NCBI GenBank assembly: GCA_964406505.1
Contig: CAYORX010000003.1
Span: 5,719-69,718 of the forward strand
Reading direction: 5' to 3'
Length of the DNA: 64,000 nucleotides
Source of the DNA: an uncultured Eubacteriales bacterium
Lineage (GTDB): Bacteria; Bacillota; Sulfobacillia; Fermentithermobacillales; Fermentithermobacillaceae
In this document: positions 9,424-18,551 of the stretch, piece by piece
How the letters are laid out: each line of letters opens with the position of its first letter
Position numbering within the stretch: the stretch's first letter is position 1
The notes under the pieces: model-generated
Told to the model about the DNA's origin: nothing
Seen by the model: only the letters and a program-made list of their open reading frames with translations
The model's database searches: none
Program-made: the position numbers and the translations under genes

Positions 9424-9723
9424 TTAAGGTCTAGTTTTTAAATATTGCTGAATTATCCACACCAGTTCGCCTATGAAATTTCCTATGATTGGAAGATTTA
9501 ATACGAAACTTCGAGTTAATACATAGATTAATAAGGAACCTAGCAGCGTAAACCCAACAGCTAGCCCTACGCCCCTGAAAAGCCCGCTAATCAGATTTAG
9601 ATATGCTAAACGCCACGGATGATTCAGCAATTCTACATATTCCGCAATTTTAGATCTTTCCAAGGAATCGGATATTTGTTCTAGTGTTTTCCGTAAGACT
9701 CTTTCATTATGCTTTGCTTTCAC
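9424..9723 (-). CDS. Small two-TM membrane protein, function unknown
   Basis: 99 aa with hydrophobic segments GLFRGVGLAVGFTLLGSLLIYVL and LPIIGNFIGELVWII. Its ATG overlaps the stop of the upstream NTPase gene (ATGA coupling). Confidence 0.5.
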   Translation of the reverse strand: MKAKHNERVLRKTLEQISDSLERSKIAEYVELLNHPWRLAYLNLISGLFRGVGLAVGFTLLGSLLIYVLTRSFVLNLPIIGNFIGELVWIIQQYLKTRP

Positions 9724-10883
9724 ATGACGTCCCCTTCTCCATACCCAAATCCCAGTCCCCCGTTAGTTTTAGCTATAACGTCTATTTCGCCCGCATAAAC
9801 AAGTATCCGCTTAACTATATTTTTGCGCAGTCTTTCGATTCCCTCAAAATCCATGTTGGGAGCATAAAATTTTTCCAAGGCGTCATGATACTGTTTTGCC
9901 TGGCCTATATAGTAAATGCCTGATTTAAAAAGGCTTTCGAACTGTTCCCGCGCTCTAACTATATACGGATAGTGAGATTCGATTACGCTGTCGTTTAAGC
10001 AACTATTCATATCTATTATTGTGTCATTTGTACTTGGAGTATAAGTATGGGGTTCAATTGATTTGGTTAACGCAAGGTCCAATTTGGGTACCACTACATG
10101 TTCCACTTTGTCGGGATGCAATGGACAAAAATAAGTTTCTACATAAAATCCCCGTGTAAGGGCTGCTTGTGCCACTTTGTTAAGCAAAACGGATTTTCCT
10201 GTACCTGGATGACCGGAGATTACATAGCGGTTTTTATAAGGAGATACTATGGTGTTAAGATAATTTACCATGCCGTCAGGAGTTATAGCACTGGCAAAAA
10301 GTTTCCGCTGTATGCCGGGATTGGATCCTACTTCTAGGTGGCTTAGGTTTTCATCGATAATCTTTTGGACAAAAACATTTGCCTTGCCGAAATTCATAGC
10401 TTCTATATAGACTGATTCCCAGTCTTCATATACGATTTGGGCGGCTTTTAAAAATCGGTAAGCGCGTCGGAAAACCGATTCAGCACCCTTTTGTGCTAGC
10501 AAGATCGATTGTTTATTGGCCCTTACCGATTCTTCATCCCAAAATTCACCAAGCCAAATGATTTCGTCTACTGCACCAGGTACTTTAGGATCAACTACAT
10601 GGGGCCATGTGCCATCTAACATTCCTACGCCTATTTCTGGAAACACCACACCGTCAATAGAGCTGTTGTCTGACGAGCAGTGATGGATTTCTACGTCATA
10701 TCCCCTACAAACCATGTCTTTGGCTATGGCGGTCATAAAAGTTGACTTTCCAACGCCCGGCCCCCCTTTGATCACGAAAACCCTGTTTGCATCTTTGGGC
10801 ACCATATAGTCATAATAAGAAAAAAATCCATCTGGAGTATTGTTTCCCGGAAATACACGTTTGATGTAGCCCTTGGTTTTCAA
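9720..10883 (-). CDS. Tandem Walker-A (nucleotide-kinase-like) NTPase, uncharacterised
   Basis: Two P-loops: VFVIKGGPGVGKST in the N-half and YVISGHPGTGKSVL in the C-half. No other recognisable domain. Confidence 0.6.
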   Translation of the reverse strand: MKTKGYIKRVFPGNNTPDGFFSYYDYMVPKDANRVFVIKGGPGVGKSTFMTAIAKDMVCRGYDVEIHHCSSDNSSIDGVVFPEIGVGMLDGTWPHVVDPKVPGAVDEIIWLGEFWDEESVRANKQSILLAQKGAESVFRRAYRFLKAAQIVYEDWESVYIEAMNFGKANVFVQKIIDENLSHLEVGSNPGIQRKLFASAITPDGMVNYLNTIVSPYKNRYVISGHPGTGKSVLLNKVAQAALTRGFYVETYFCPLHPDKVEHVVVPKLDLALTKSIEPHTYTPSTNDTIIDMNSCLNDSVIESHYPYIVRAREQFESLFKSGIYYIGQAKQYHDALEKFYAPNMDFEGIERLRKNIVKRILVYAGEIDVIAKTNGGLGFGYGEGDVM

Positions 10884-10997
10884 GGACCACCCCTCCCTCC
10901 TAAATGCTATACTTTAAAAGACGGAAACCTTATTTGCGTCTCTTAGGCATACTATGTAAAATTAACCGGTTAAGTGTCGCGTGCAAGGGTGAACAAT

Positions 10998-11708
10998 ATG
11001 AAATTTGCAATGGGCATGTTAATTATCGGACTTGTATGTTTTAACATATTATTTTCAATCCAAGCAGTTGCCTTAAATTTAGACTTTTACAGTAAACAGT
11101 GGATTAAACTTGATGTTCCGAAGTCTGCCGGGATAGCGTTGGAGGATCTAAAACATATAGGTACAATACTCAAAAAATATTTTTTGGGGCATTCATCATC
11201 TGCTCAGGTTTTTATATCTGTAGAAGATACGGAGCGAGACCTGTATAGAGAAAACGAAATCGCACACCTTGAAGACGTGCGAGATTTATTCAAACTTGGA
11301 TTTAGCGTTAAGACAATTTCCATGGCGTTTATGCTTCTAGGTTTTACATATATACTTGTATGTAAAACCGATCAAATGCACCTGAAAATTATCGCAATAT
11401 CTAAAGCATTAAAAATGGCTGGGATTATCCTCATTTTGATAACTTTAATCATGGTGTTGCCGGCCGCGCTAAACTTTACAAATTGGTGGACCAAGTTTCA
11501 TCTAGTAACTTTTAGAAACGATTTGTGGCGTCTTGATCCATATGAAGATTATCTCATCAGGATATTTCCCGAAAGTTTCTTTTTCTCTGCTGCCCAGCAA
11601 ATAGCTATATATTCCGCCGCTATTACTTTAAGTTACATCCTATTTGGTTTATTACTAAGGTTTTTTATAAGCTATTTCACCTCCAATGACGGTAAGCACT
11701 ACCTCTAG
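10998..11708 (+). CDS. Integral membrane protein, DUF1461-like (possible Lit-type lipoprotein transacylase family)
   Basis: N-terminal TM, a central soluble segment and C-terminal TM helices. The family assignment is from memory and is weak. The start at 10998 has RBS GGGTGA. Confidence 0.35.
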   Translation: MKFAMGMLIIGLVCFNILFSIQAVALNLDFYSKQWIKLDVPKSAGIALEDLKHIGTILKKYFLGHSSSAQVFISVEDTERDLYRENEIAHLEDVRDLFKLGFSVKTISMAFMLLGFTYILVCKTDQMHLKIIAISKALKMAGIILILITLIMVLPAALNFTNWWTKFHLVTFRNDLWRLDPYEDYLIRIFPESFFFSAAQQIAIYSAAITLSYILFGLLLRFFISYFTSNDGKHYL

Positions 11709-13259
11709 ATCTTTAATATCCTCGGGTTTTACAACTTTAATATCATCCGATAAAGCTACGAAATCACAAAGTTTTCCGGGAACGAGGCTACCTTTTTTGT
11801 GTTCCTGTTTTTCTGCGTAAGCACCACCCATTGTGAACAGATTCACGGCTTCGTTAAGGGTTAGCTTTTCATTAGGGAAGAACCCGGCAGGCGGGTTTCC
11901 AAAAAGATCCTTTCTGGTGACAGCGCAATATATGCCGAAAAGGGGATCGGGGGGCTCAACGGGGCAATCAGAACCGCCAGCAAGGGGGATTCCGGCTTTT
12001 AGCATGGTATGCCATGAATACGATGATCTCATCCTAGTAGATCCCACTCTAGCAAGTGCCCATCTCATGTCTGTAGAAATAAAAATGGGCTGAATATCTG
12101 CTACGATTTTAGCTCGTTTCATTTCTGATATGAGCAGCGGCGATAGTATTTGAGCATGGACAATACGGTGTCTTATATCGTGCAAAGGCAATTTCGCTTG
12201 TGCGGAAGTTATTGCATCAAGACTTACCCTAGTACCTCTATCCCCTATAGCATGTATTGCAACTTGCATACCATGGGCATGGGCCACGTAAACTGCTTCT
12301 TTTAGTTGGTCTTCTGATATTACTAATATTCCACGATTGTTTAAGTCGTCAGAATATGAGGTTTCAAGCGCAGCAGTTCGGCCGCCAAGTGACCCATCTG
12401 CGAAAAATTTTATCGCACCGATCCTAAGAAAATCGTTTCCATCTCCAGTCCGTATGGGTGTTTTAAACATGTCGGGCATAAATGAAGAAGGTATGTCCCA
12501 ATACACCCTTAAGCTTGCTTTTTGTTTGCAGATTTTCTCATAGAGTTCCATGGTTCCGGGAAATCCTGCTTGCCCATCGTTGGTATGTACTGTGGTAATC
12601 CCTTTAGAGACTACATACTGGGAAGCTTTTAATAACGCTTCTTCCATGGCAGCTGGCCCAACTTTGGGAACATGCGACTGTACTAGCCCTTGAGCAGTCT
12701 CCCGCAAAATTCCCGTAGGTTCCCCATAAGAATCGCGGTCGATTGTACCTCCAGAAGGATTTTGTGTATCTTTAGTAATTCCTGCGATTTTTAAAACTTT
12801 TGAAGAGGCGACAGAAATGTGTCCGCAAGCTCTTGTTAGATAGACAGGCTTGCCTTGAGACGCTTCATCAAGATCCTTACGGGTGGGATACCGTTTTTCG
12901 TCAAATATCTCTTGATCCCACCCTCGACCGATAATCCATTGTGTATCTGAAACTTCGTTCGCCCTATGTTTTATTTTTGTTTTCAAGCTAACTATTGAGG
13001 TTACATTAGTCAAAGATATGTCGCGTAAAGTTAATCCAAAATTCAAAAGATGCATGTGACTATCAATAAATCCTGGTAATATCGTTTTTCCTTCCAAGTC
13101 AACCACTTTAGGTTTAATTCCCTTCGGGAAAGAGTCAATACATTCATCATAGGTTCCAACACATAAAATTTTGCCATTCAAAGCGGATAAAGCATTCTTT
13201 TTACGCGATTCGCGACTGGGTGACCAAAAGTTACCATAGGCGAATATTTTAGCTTTCAT
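11655..13259 (-). CDS. Amidohydrolase-3 family metal-dependent hydrolase
   Basis: GFIDSHMHL metal-binding motif plus HAIGD and FADGSLG motifs. The start at 13259 has strong RBS AGGGGGA. Its 3' end overlaps the convergent upstream gene by 54 nt. Confidence 0.75.
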   Translation of the reverse strand: MKAKIFAYGNFWSPSRESRKKNALSALNGKILCVGTYDECIDSFPKGIKPKVVDLEGKTILPGFIDSHMHLLNFGLTLRDISLTNVTSIVSLKTKIKHRANEVSDTQWIIGRGWDQEIFDEKRYPTRKDLDEASQGKPVYLTRACGHISVASSKVLKIAGITKDTQNPSGGTIDRDSYGEPTGILRETAQGLVQSHVPKVGPAAMEEALLKASQYVVSKGITTVHTNDGQAGFPGTMELYEKICKQKASLRVYWDIPSSFMPDMFKTPIRTGDGNDFLRIGAIKFFADGSLGGRTAALETSYSDDLNNRGILVISEDQLKEAVYVAHAHGMQVAIHAIGDRGTRVSLDAITSAQAKLPLHDIRHRIVHAQILSPLLISEMKRAKIVADIQPIFISTDMRWALARVGSTRMRSSYSWHTMLKAGIPLAGGSDCPVEPPDPLFGIYCAVTRKDLFGNPPAGFFPNEKLTLNEAVNLFTMGGAYAEKQEHKKGSLVPGKLCDFVALSDDIKVVKPEDIKDLEVVLTVIGGEIAYKKP

Positions 13260-13270
13260 CTGCTTTCCCC

Positions 13271-13957
13271 CTATGTGAGAGTCTCGCCCGCAAAACGTAC
13301 ACACGCTTTAGCTAATATGTCAGTCGCATCTATTACATCTACTTCGAGATCACCTTGCTTAAGTATTAAGGGAATCTCAGTGCATCCAGCTATAATAGAT
13401 TGTGCACCACGCTTTATCAGTGATTCGCTTTGCTGCAATGCTATTTTTCTAGCCTTATCAAACATTCCGGATTTTATTAGGTAAATGGCTTGATTAGTTT
13501 TGTCTTGACCATTTTCGTCAGGAACAATCAGCTCGATTCCCACCCGTGAAAGGGCTTTTTCGTACAGTTTTGTTTTTATAGTACCCGTAGAAGCTAAAAT
13601 TCCTACACGATCCACTTGATCTTTAAGATGGAGAGATACCTCGTTCATCATGTGAAGTACCGGGATTTTAACTGCATTTATTACATCGGTATAAAAATAA
13701 TGTGCGGTATTACACGGAAGAACTAAAAACGATGCTCCAGCATCTTCAACATTCTTTGCCGTTTCGATAAGGGCAGGTCGTGGGTCTTGGCCGTTACCCA
13801 TGATATAAGCTGTTCTATCTGGAATTTTCGGATTGGAGTCAATTATTGTACGGAAGTGTTCCTGATCTTTGTCTGCAGGCGTATTTCTTATAATTTTTAG
13901 ATATAGATCGCATGTTGCTTCGGGACCCATGCCCCCGGCAATTCCTATTACTCTCAT
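13271..13957 (-). CDS. Aspartate/glutamate racemase family protein (Asp racemase-like)
   Basis: MRVIGIAGGMGP and PCNTAHYF motifs, with a second catalytic Cys in AGCTEIP. Confidence 0.75.
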   Translation of the reverse strand: MRVIGIAGGMGPEATCDLYLKIIRNTPADKDQEHFRTIIDSNPKIPDRTAYIMGNGQDPRPALIETAKNVEDAGASFLVLPCNTAHYFYTDVINAVKIPVLHMMNEVSLHLKDQVDRVGILASTGTIKTKLYEKALSRVGIELIVPDENGQDKTNQAIYLIKSGMFDKARKIALQQSESLIKRGAQSIIAGCTEIPLILKQGDLEVDVIDATDILAKACVRFAGETLT

Positions 13958-13987
13958 TATACGGCCTCCAATTAGTAAAAGTTGTGG

Positions 13988-14503
13988 TTATGTGGTTTTG
14001 CTCAAAACAGACGTTATGCTATCAACATTATCGTCAAGCATTTCCAAAGTCGATTGAAGTAATGTACGCATTTCGGTCTTGAATCTCATTGCCTTTTGGC
14101 GCTGTGTTTCCAAATCCTCATATGTTTTTTGAAGAAGAGCTTCAGCTTGTTGTTTTGTGATGTCAGCCTCACGCCTGGCATCATCAATTATTGAATCAGC
14201 TTTTTTGGCGGCTGATTGTTTGATTTGATCTGCTGCCTTTTGGGCAAGTACGATAGCATTCTTCAAAGTTTCTTCCAATCCTTTGTAATGCCCAATCCTA
14301 GCTTCTAGTCCTGCTATGTTGGCATGCAGATCTTCATTTTCTCTGATAATCCCTTCTAATTCGGCAACTATAAGGTCAAGGAATTCATCTACTTCGTTTT
14401 CGTTATAACCCCGGAAGGATTTCGTGAATTCTTTGTTGTGGATATCCAAAGGCGTCAACCTGGGAGTTCTAATCGGCGCCAATTTCGATTCTTTTGTTCC
14501 CAT
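13988..14503 (-). CDS. divIVA: Cell-division protein DivIVA
   Basis: LTPLDIHNKEF..GYNENEVDEFLD N-terminal domain and a coiled-coil C-terminus. Start chosen at the ATG following RBS GGGAGGGG. Confidence 0.85.
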   Translation of the reverse strand: MGTKESKLAPIRTPRLTPLDIHNKEFTKSFRGYNENEVDEFLDLIVAELEGIIRENEDLHANIAGLEARIGHYKGLEETLKNAIVLAQKAADQIKQSAAKKADSIIDDARREADITKQQAEALLQKTYEDLETQRQKAMRFKTEMRTLLQSTLEMLDDNVDSITSVLSKTT

Positions 14504-14573
14504 AGATACCCCTCCCATGAACATGTTTTCTGATCATTTCATTATCGTTCCACAAGACATGGTATAGATCCTG

Positions 14574-15269
14574 CTACGTGTAAGATCTTGATCCGAATAA
14601 TGCAGTCCCAAGCCTTACCACCGTAGCACCTTCTTGGATGGCTATCCTATAATCTGAAGTCATACCCATAGATAACTCGCGCAGATTTACTGCGGGAATC
14701 CCGCTTTTTATCATTTCTTCACGAAGTAGTCTTAGATTTCGAAAATGTTTTCTTGCTTCTTCGGGATCCCTACTTATAGGTGGAACGGTCATCAGCCCGG
14801 TTAATTTAAGACCTTCAAGTCTTAGAATGTTCTTACATATATCATATGTTTGGTTGGGTTTACAGCCGAATTTTCTGCTATCACCACCTATATTTACTTG
14901 TAAATATATAGGCATTGGAGCATCTCTATAGATTAAAGAAAACTTTGATATGGCTTTCGCTATTTTTAGCGAGTCTACCGAGTGAATTTCATCAAAAATT
15001 CTAGAAGCGATTGACGCTTTATTAGATTGTAGGTGACCAATTAAACATAACGTTGTATTTTTAAAAACCCCAGCCTCAGTTTTTTCCCTTGCCTCCTGGA
15101 CACGATTTTCGCCGAAAAAAGAGATACCAAATGACTTAGCTTTTTGGATAACTTGTTCGGAAAAAGTTTTTGTCACAGCTAATATCTTAACCGAGGTTGG
15201 ATTGCGGCCAACTTGATTGCATGCTTTGATAATGCTTTCTTCTACTGCTTTAATGTTGGTTTTGATCAA
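14574..15269 (-). CDS. ylmE: YggS/YlmE-family PLP homeostasis protein
   Basis: Alanine-racemase-fold N-terminus (ILAVTKTFS, GENRVQE). It has the conserved position next to divIVA. Confidence 0.85.
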   Translation of the reverse strand: MIKTNIKAVEESIIKACNQVGRNPTSVKILAVTKTFSEQVIQKAKSFGISFFGENRVQEAREKTEAGVFKNTTLCLIGHLQSNKASIASRIFDEIHSVDSLKIAKAISKFSLIYRDAPMPIYLQVNIGGDSRKFGCKPNQTYDICKNILRLEGLKLTGLMTVPPISRDPEEARKHFRNLRLLREEMIKSGIPAVNLRELSMGMTSDYRIAIQEGATVVRLGTALFGSRSYT

Positions 15270-16555
15270 CGAACCCTCCTGCCTTCAAAAAGAATAATTC
15301 CGTTGAGTACAATTTCGCTGGTTTCATCGATGCCTGCGATTATAGCTTGTTCGCCTTGTATCATTATTACATCAACGGGTTGAAATGTGGCGTAAGTTTT
15401 CTGTACCGCTAAAACACCTGTTTGCCCATTTTTGTCAACCAGGCTCTTCACAGGTATTATCACCCCTTTTTCTCTACGAGTGATTAATGAGGCGTGATTT
15501 ACTCTTACATATTTGCTTGGCGGAATATAGTCAATTTGCCCAGAGATGATAGAATACCCGGGGGGTTTACCGTCCGTTATATTAGATATATTGGTATAAA
15601 TTGGGGAAAGGTTATTTGTTTCTAATAACACTTTGTTTCCCGGTTGTATGTCGGGACGGTGTTCTGTTTTTACTGTAAGGTAATATTCGACCTTTTCTCC
15701 CGACACAATACGTCCGATTACATCTCCATGTTCAACATCTTCCCCCTCTTCAACATGAAATTTTATAGCGTCTTTAAGATTTTGGCTGAGCACGGATAAT
15801 TGAGATGCATCCATTTTATTTAAACTATCTGAACACAGCATTTGGTCAAAGGTCGTAATATCTGAATAAAACACGCCGGAAATGGGTGCTACGACTTTAA
15901 CGGAAGATGACGAAACGATGTATTTCATTATTTCCATTTCTTTCATCAAATTTGAATATCGATCTTCTAGGTTCATTATTTGGGTACGGGTTTGGAAAAG
16001 ACTCTGTAATTTGTCTTTAAAAGTTGCTTCATTTTTTATGTGAAATAATTCATCGCCTTGAGCAAAAGCTGTTTGCATCTGGTAAAAATCCGAAATTGCT
16101 TTTTGATAGATTGTTTGGATGTTACTGGTCAATGTATCTAGTTGGTCGGAGGTTTTGTCGCAATAGCTTTTCAGTTCTAGTTGAGCAGTAGCTAAATTTT
16201 CGGATACATTGGCTATTGTTTTTGGATCTCCGATTTCTGCGATAACATCGCCTACACGCACTGAATCGCCGTTTTCAACTGCAAAAGTGATCGTGCCTGA
16301 GACAGGCGCGCTAAGAAGAGTTTGTCCATTGGAGAATATAATATCGCCGGTTGCACGCTCTTCTAGGATGCCGTTGGTGCCGCGTCCTATGGGGACAAAA
16401 GATCTGAGAAAAGCAGATCTAATATAAGGCCATAACAATACTAGCCCAAGCAGTAGGAATATTAATATAACCGATAGGCCGCTTGCATGTTTGATATACT
16501 TTTTTTTCTGTGGTCTTTTTCTTTTTGCCATACTGTATAAGAGACTACGGCACAT
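15266..16555 (-). CDS. HlyD-like membrane protein with biotin-lipoyl/barrel-sandwich domains, function unknown
   Basis: N-terminal TM (LSVILIFLLLGLVLLW), lipoyl-like hairpins (APVSGTI...GDSVRVGDVIAEI and APISGVF) and a long coiled-coil. Confidence 0.5.
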   Translation of the reverse strand: MCRSLLYSMAKRKRPQKKKYIKHASGLSVILIFLLLGLVLLWPYIRSAFLRSFVPIGRGTNGILEERATGDIIFSNGQTLLSAPVSGTITFAVENGDSVRVGDVIAEIGDPKTIANVSENLATAQLELKSYCDKTSDQLDTLTSNIQTIYQKAISDFYQMQTAFAQGDELFHIKNEATFKDKLQSLFQTRTQIMNLEDRYSNLMKEMEIMKYIVSSSSVKVVAPISGVFYSDITTFDQMLCSDSLNKMDASQLSVLSQNLKDAIKFHVEEGEDVEHGDVIGRIVSGEKVEYYLTVKTEHRPDIQPGNKVLLETNNLSPIYTNISNITDGKPPGYSIISGQIDYIPPSKYVRVNHASLITRREKGVIIPVKSLVDKNGQTGVLAVQKTYATFQPVDVIMIQGEQAIIAGIDETSEIVLNGIILFEGRRVR

Positions 16556-16599
16556 AAAATTTTAAGTCAAGTATGAGCTCTTCATAGATTAGACATATT

Positions 16600-16860
16600 T
16601 TATCTTCCTGAGCGTTTTAAATATCGTTCTGTAAGTTCTACTAAGATTACATCTTCTCCAATTTTTTTTATGCTGTTCCAAGGTATAATGTAATCATCCC
16701 CGTACCCAAATAGGCCAAAAATTTTTGAATGGCCGGGTATGATGACCGCGGTTATTTTCCCGGTAGTTAATTCCAATTCGACATCCACGATGTTTCCCAA
16801 GCGACGTCCATCGCTTGTGTTAATAACTTCACGAACCGATAAATCGGAAGCCCGAATCAC
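16600..16860 (-). CDS. ylmC: YlmC/YmxH-family PRC-barrel protein
   Basis: 86 aa with DLSVREVINTSDGRRLGNIVDVELELTTGKITAVIIPG. Confidence 0.85.
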   Translation of the reverse strand: MIRASDLSVREVINTSDGRRLGNIVDVELELTTGKITAVIIPGHSKIFGLFGYGDDYIIPWNSIKKIGEDVILVELTERYLKRSGR

Positions 16861-16932
16861 GGAAACACCCCTTATTATTATATGAATTAACTAGTTATAG
16901 ATAGTATAAAATTGTGGATTACATTTACGTGG

Positions 16933-17652
16933 TTAAGGAGAAAGGTTAGGGAGGTTGAATTTTTTGGAAAGGATTGAAGAAACGAATGTCTTTCCTTTTT
17001 TCAATATTTCCAAAAACAAAAACTTATATTCTATATCTGCCTCGTTAAGGACAGTTTCATCAAGCAATACACACTGATGATCGTCTGGAGAAATGTTTAA
17101 GACTGCTTTGGATTTGGAAGAAACTTCGGTTTTTTTAACGATGTCAATGAAACACATGGGTGGATACATGACACACCACCAATTTTCTCCGTTACCTTTT
17201 CCCAATACAATTTGGAGTGATTTGTATGGACCTTCCGGTAGGAAAAAGGTTTTTCCTTTTTCGTCTTCGTAGATTTTATCAGGGAAAATAATAGTGTCTA
17301 TTTTAGCTTTGGGATCATATTGAACTCCTGCTTCTAAGAGACGACTTTTAGCCATTTGTTCTATTTGTGGCAAAAGTTCGGCAATAATTTCTTCTGCCTG
17401 TATTCGATTCTGCGCATGCATTAAATATTTGCTGAAAGTATTCATGACTGAATCACGTACTTTAAGTTTAACTTCTTGATCTTTATCTGAATCCGAATTT
17501 CCGATTATATGAAGTCTTATTAAATTCGTTGGGGTATAGGCTTTTTGTGTTTCGTAACCCCGCGCCATAACCCAACCGGTACCAAGTACGATTCCGGCCA
17601 CTATAGCTAGCAAGATTGCCCTGATCAAACCACGCTTTTTTTTACCAATCAT
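16933..17652 (-). CDS. spoIIR: Stage II sporulation protein R
   Basis: Signature motifs LIRLHIIGNSDSDKDQ and GKGNGENWWCVMYPPMCF. It lies 17 nt downstream of the sigG stop. Confidence 0.9.
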   Translation of the reverse strand: MIGKKKRGLIRAILLAIVAGIVLGTGWVMARGYETQKAYTPTNLIRLHIIGNSDSDKDQEVKLKVRDSVMNTFSKYLMHAQNRIQAEEIIAELLPQIEQMAKSRLLEAGVQYDPKAKIDTIIFPDKIYEDEKGKTFFLPEGPYKSLQIVLGKGNGENWWCVMYPPMCFIDIVKKTEVSSKSKAVLNISPDDHQCVLLDETVLNEADIEYKFLFLEILKKGKTFVSSILSKKFNLPNLSP

Positions 17653-17669
17653 TCTAGCTCCCTCCTATT

Positions 17670-18443
17670 TTATACCGACATATGTTGTTTCATTTCAATT
17701 AAGGCTGCCTTTTCTAACCTTGATACTTGTGCTTGGGATATTCCAATTTCTTGCGCTACTTCCATTTGGGTTTTTCCTTCAAAGAATCTCATTTTTATTA
17801 TGGCCTGTTCTCTATCCGCTAATTTTTGGATTGATTCATTGATTGAAAGTTGTTGAAGCCAAACAGAATCTTTTCCTTTTTCGTCTTTTACTTGATCCAT
17901 TACATAAATTGGATCGCCCCCATCGTGATATACTGGTTCAAACAAACTGATCGGTTCTTGTATTGCATCAAGTGCATATACGATTTCATCTTCGGGAGTA
18001 TCCAACTTTTGAGATATTTCTCGCAAAGAAGGTTCTCTACCTAGTCGTGCAATTAAGGTATCGCGTGTTTGAAGTGCTCTATAAGCGGTGTCGCGAAGCG
18101 ATCTAGATACGCGTATAGGGTTGTTGTCCCTAAGATATCTTTTGATTTCCCCGATTATCATAGGAACTGCATATGTGGAGAATTTAACATTATGGCCCAA
18201 ATCAAAATTATCAATAGCTTTTATTAAGCCGATACACCCAACCTGAAACAGATCGTCTACGTATTCACCCCGGTTAGAAAACCGTTGAATGACGCTTAGA
18301 ACTAATCTTAAATTACCATTCACCAACCGTTCCCGCGCTGTTGGGTCCCCATTTTGTTTAGACACGAATAGTTCCCGCATTTTTGTCGAAGATAAAACGG
18401 GAAGCTGGTTGGTATTGACCCCGCATATCTCTACTTTATACAA
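17670..18443 (-). CDS. sigG: Sporulation sigma factor G
   Basis: KVEICGVNTNQLPVL N-terminus and conserved 2.x/4.x regions. The TTG start with RBS GGGGG is preferred over the upstream ORF-track start. Confidence 0.9.
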   Translation of the reverse strand: MYKVEICGVNTNQLPVLSSTKMRELFVSKQNGDPTARERLVNGNLRLVLSVIQRFSNRGEYVDDLFQVGCIGLIKAIDNFDLGHNVKFSTYAVPMIIGEIKRYLRDNNPIRVSRSLRDTAYRALQTRDTLIARLGREPSLREISQKLDTPEDEIVYALDAIQEPISLFEPVYHDGGDPIYVMDQVKDEKGKDSVWLQQLSINESIQKLADREQAIIKMRFFEGKTQMEVAQEIGISQAQVSRLEKAALIEMKQHMSV

Positions 18444-18497
18444 AGTCACAAAGCCCCCTGGTCGAATTACCATTTTTTATAAAAGTCACTCATAAAA

Positions 18498-18527
18498 AGT
18501 ATTGCCGCGTTCATCCAGGCTTATACA
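18498..18527 (-). promoter_or_regulatory. SigF/SigG-type forespore promoter upstream of sigG
   Basis: On the minus strand: a TGTATA -35 element, a 15-nt spacer, and a GGCAATACT -10 element that fits GGnnAnAnT. Confidence 0.5.
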
Positions 18528-18551
18528 TTAGGGCTTTTGTATTTTTTTAGT

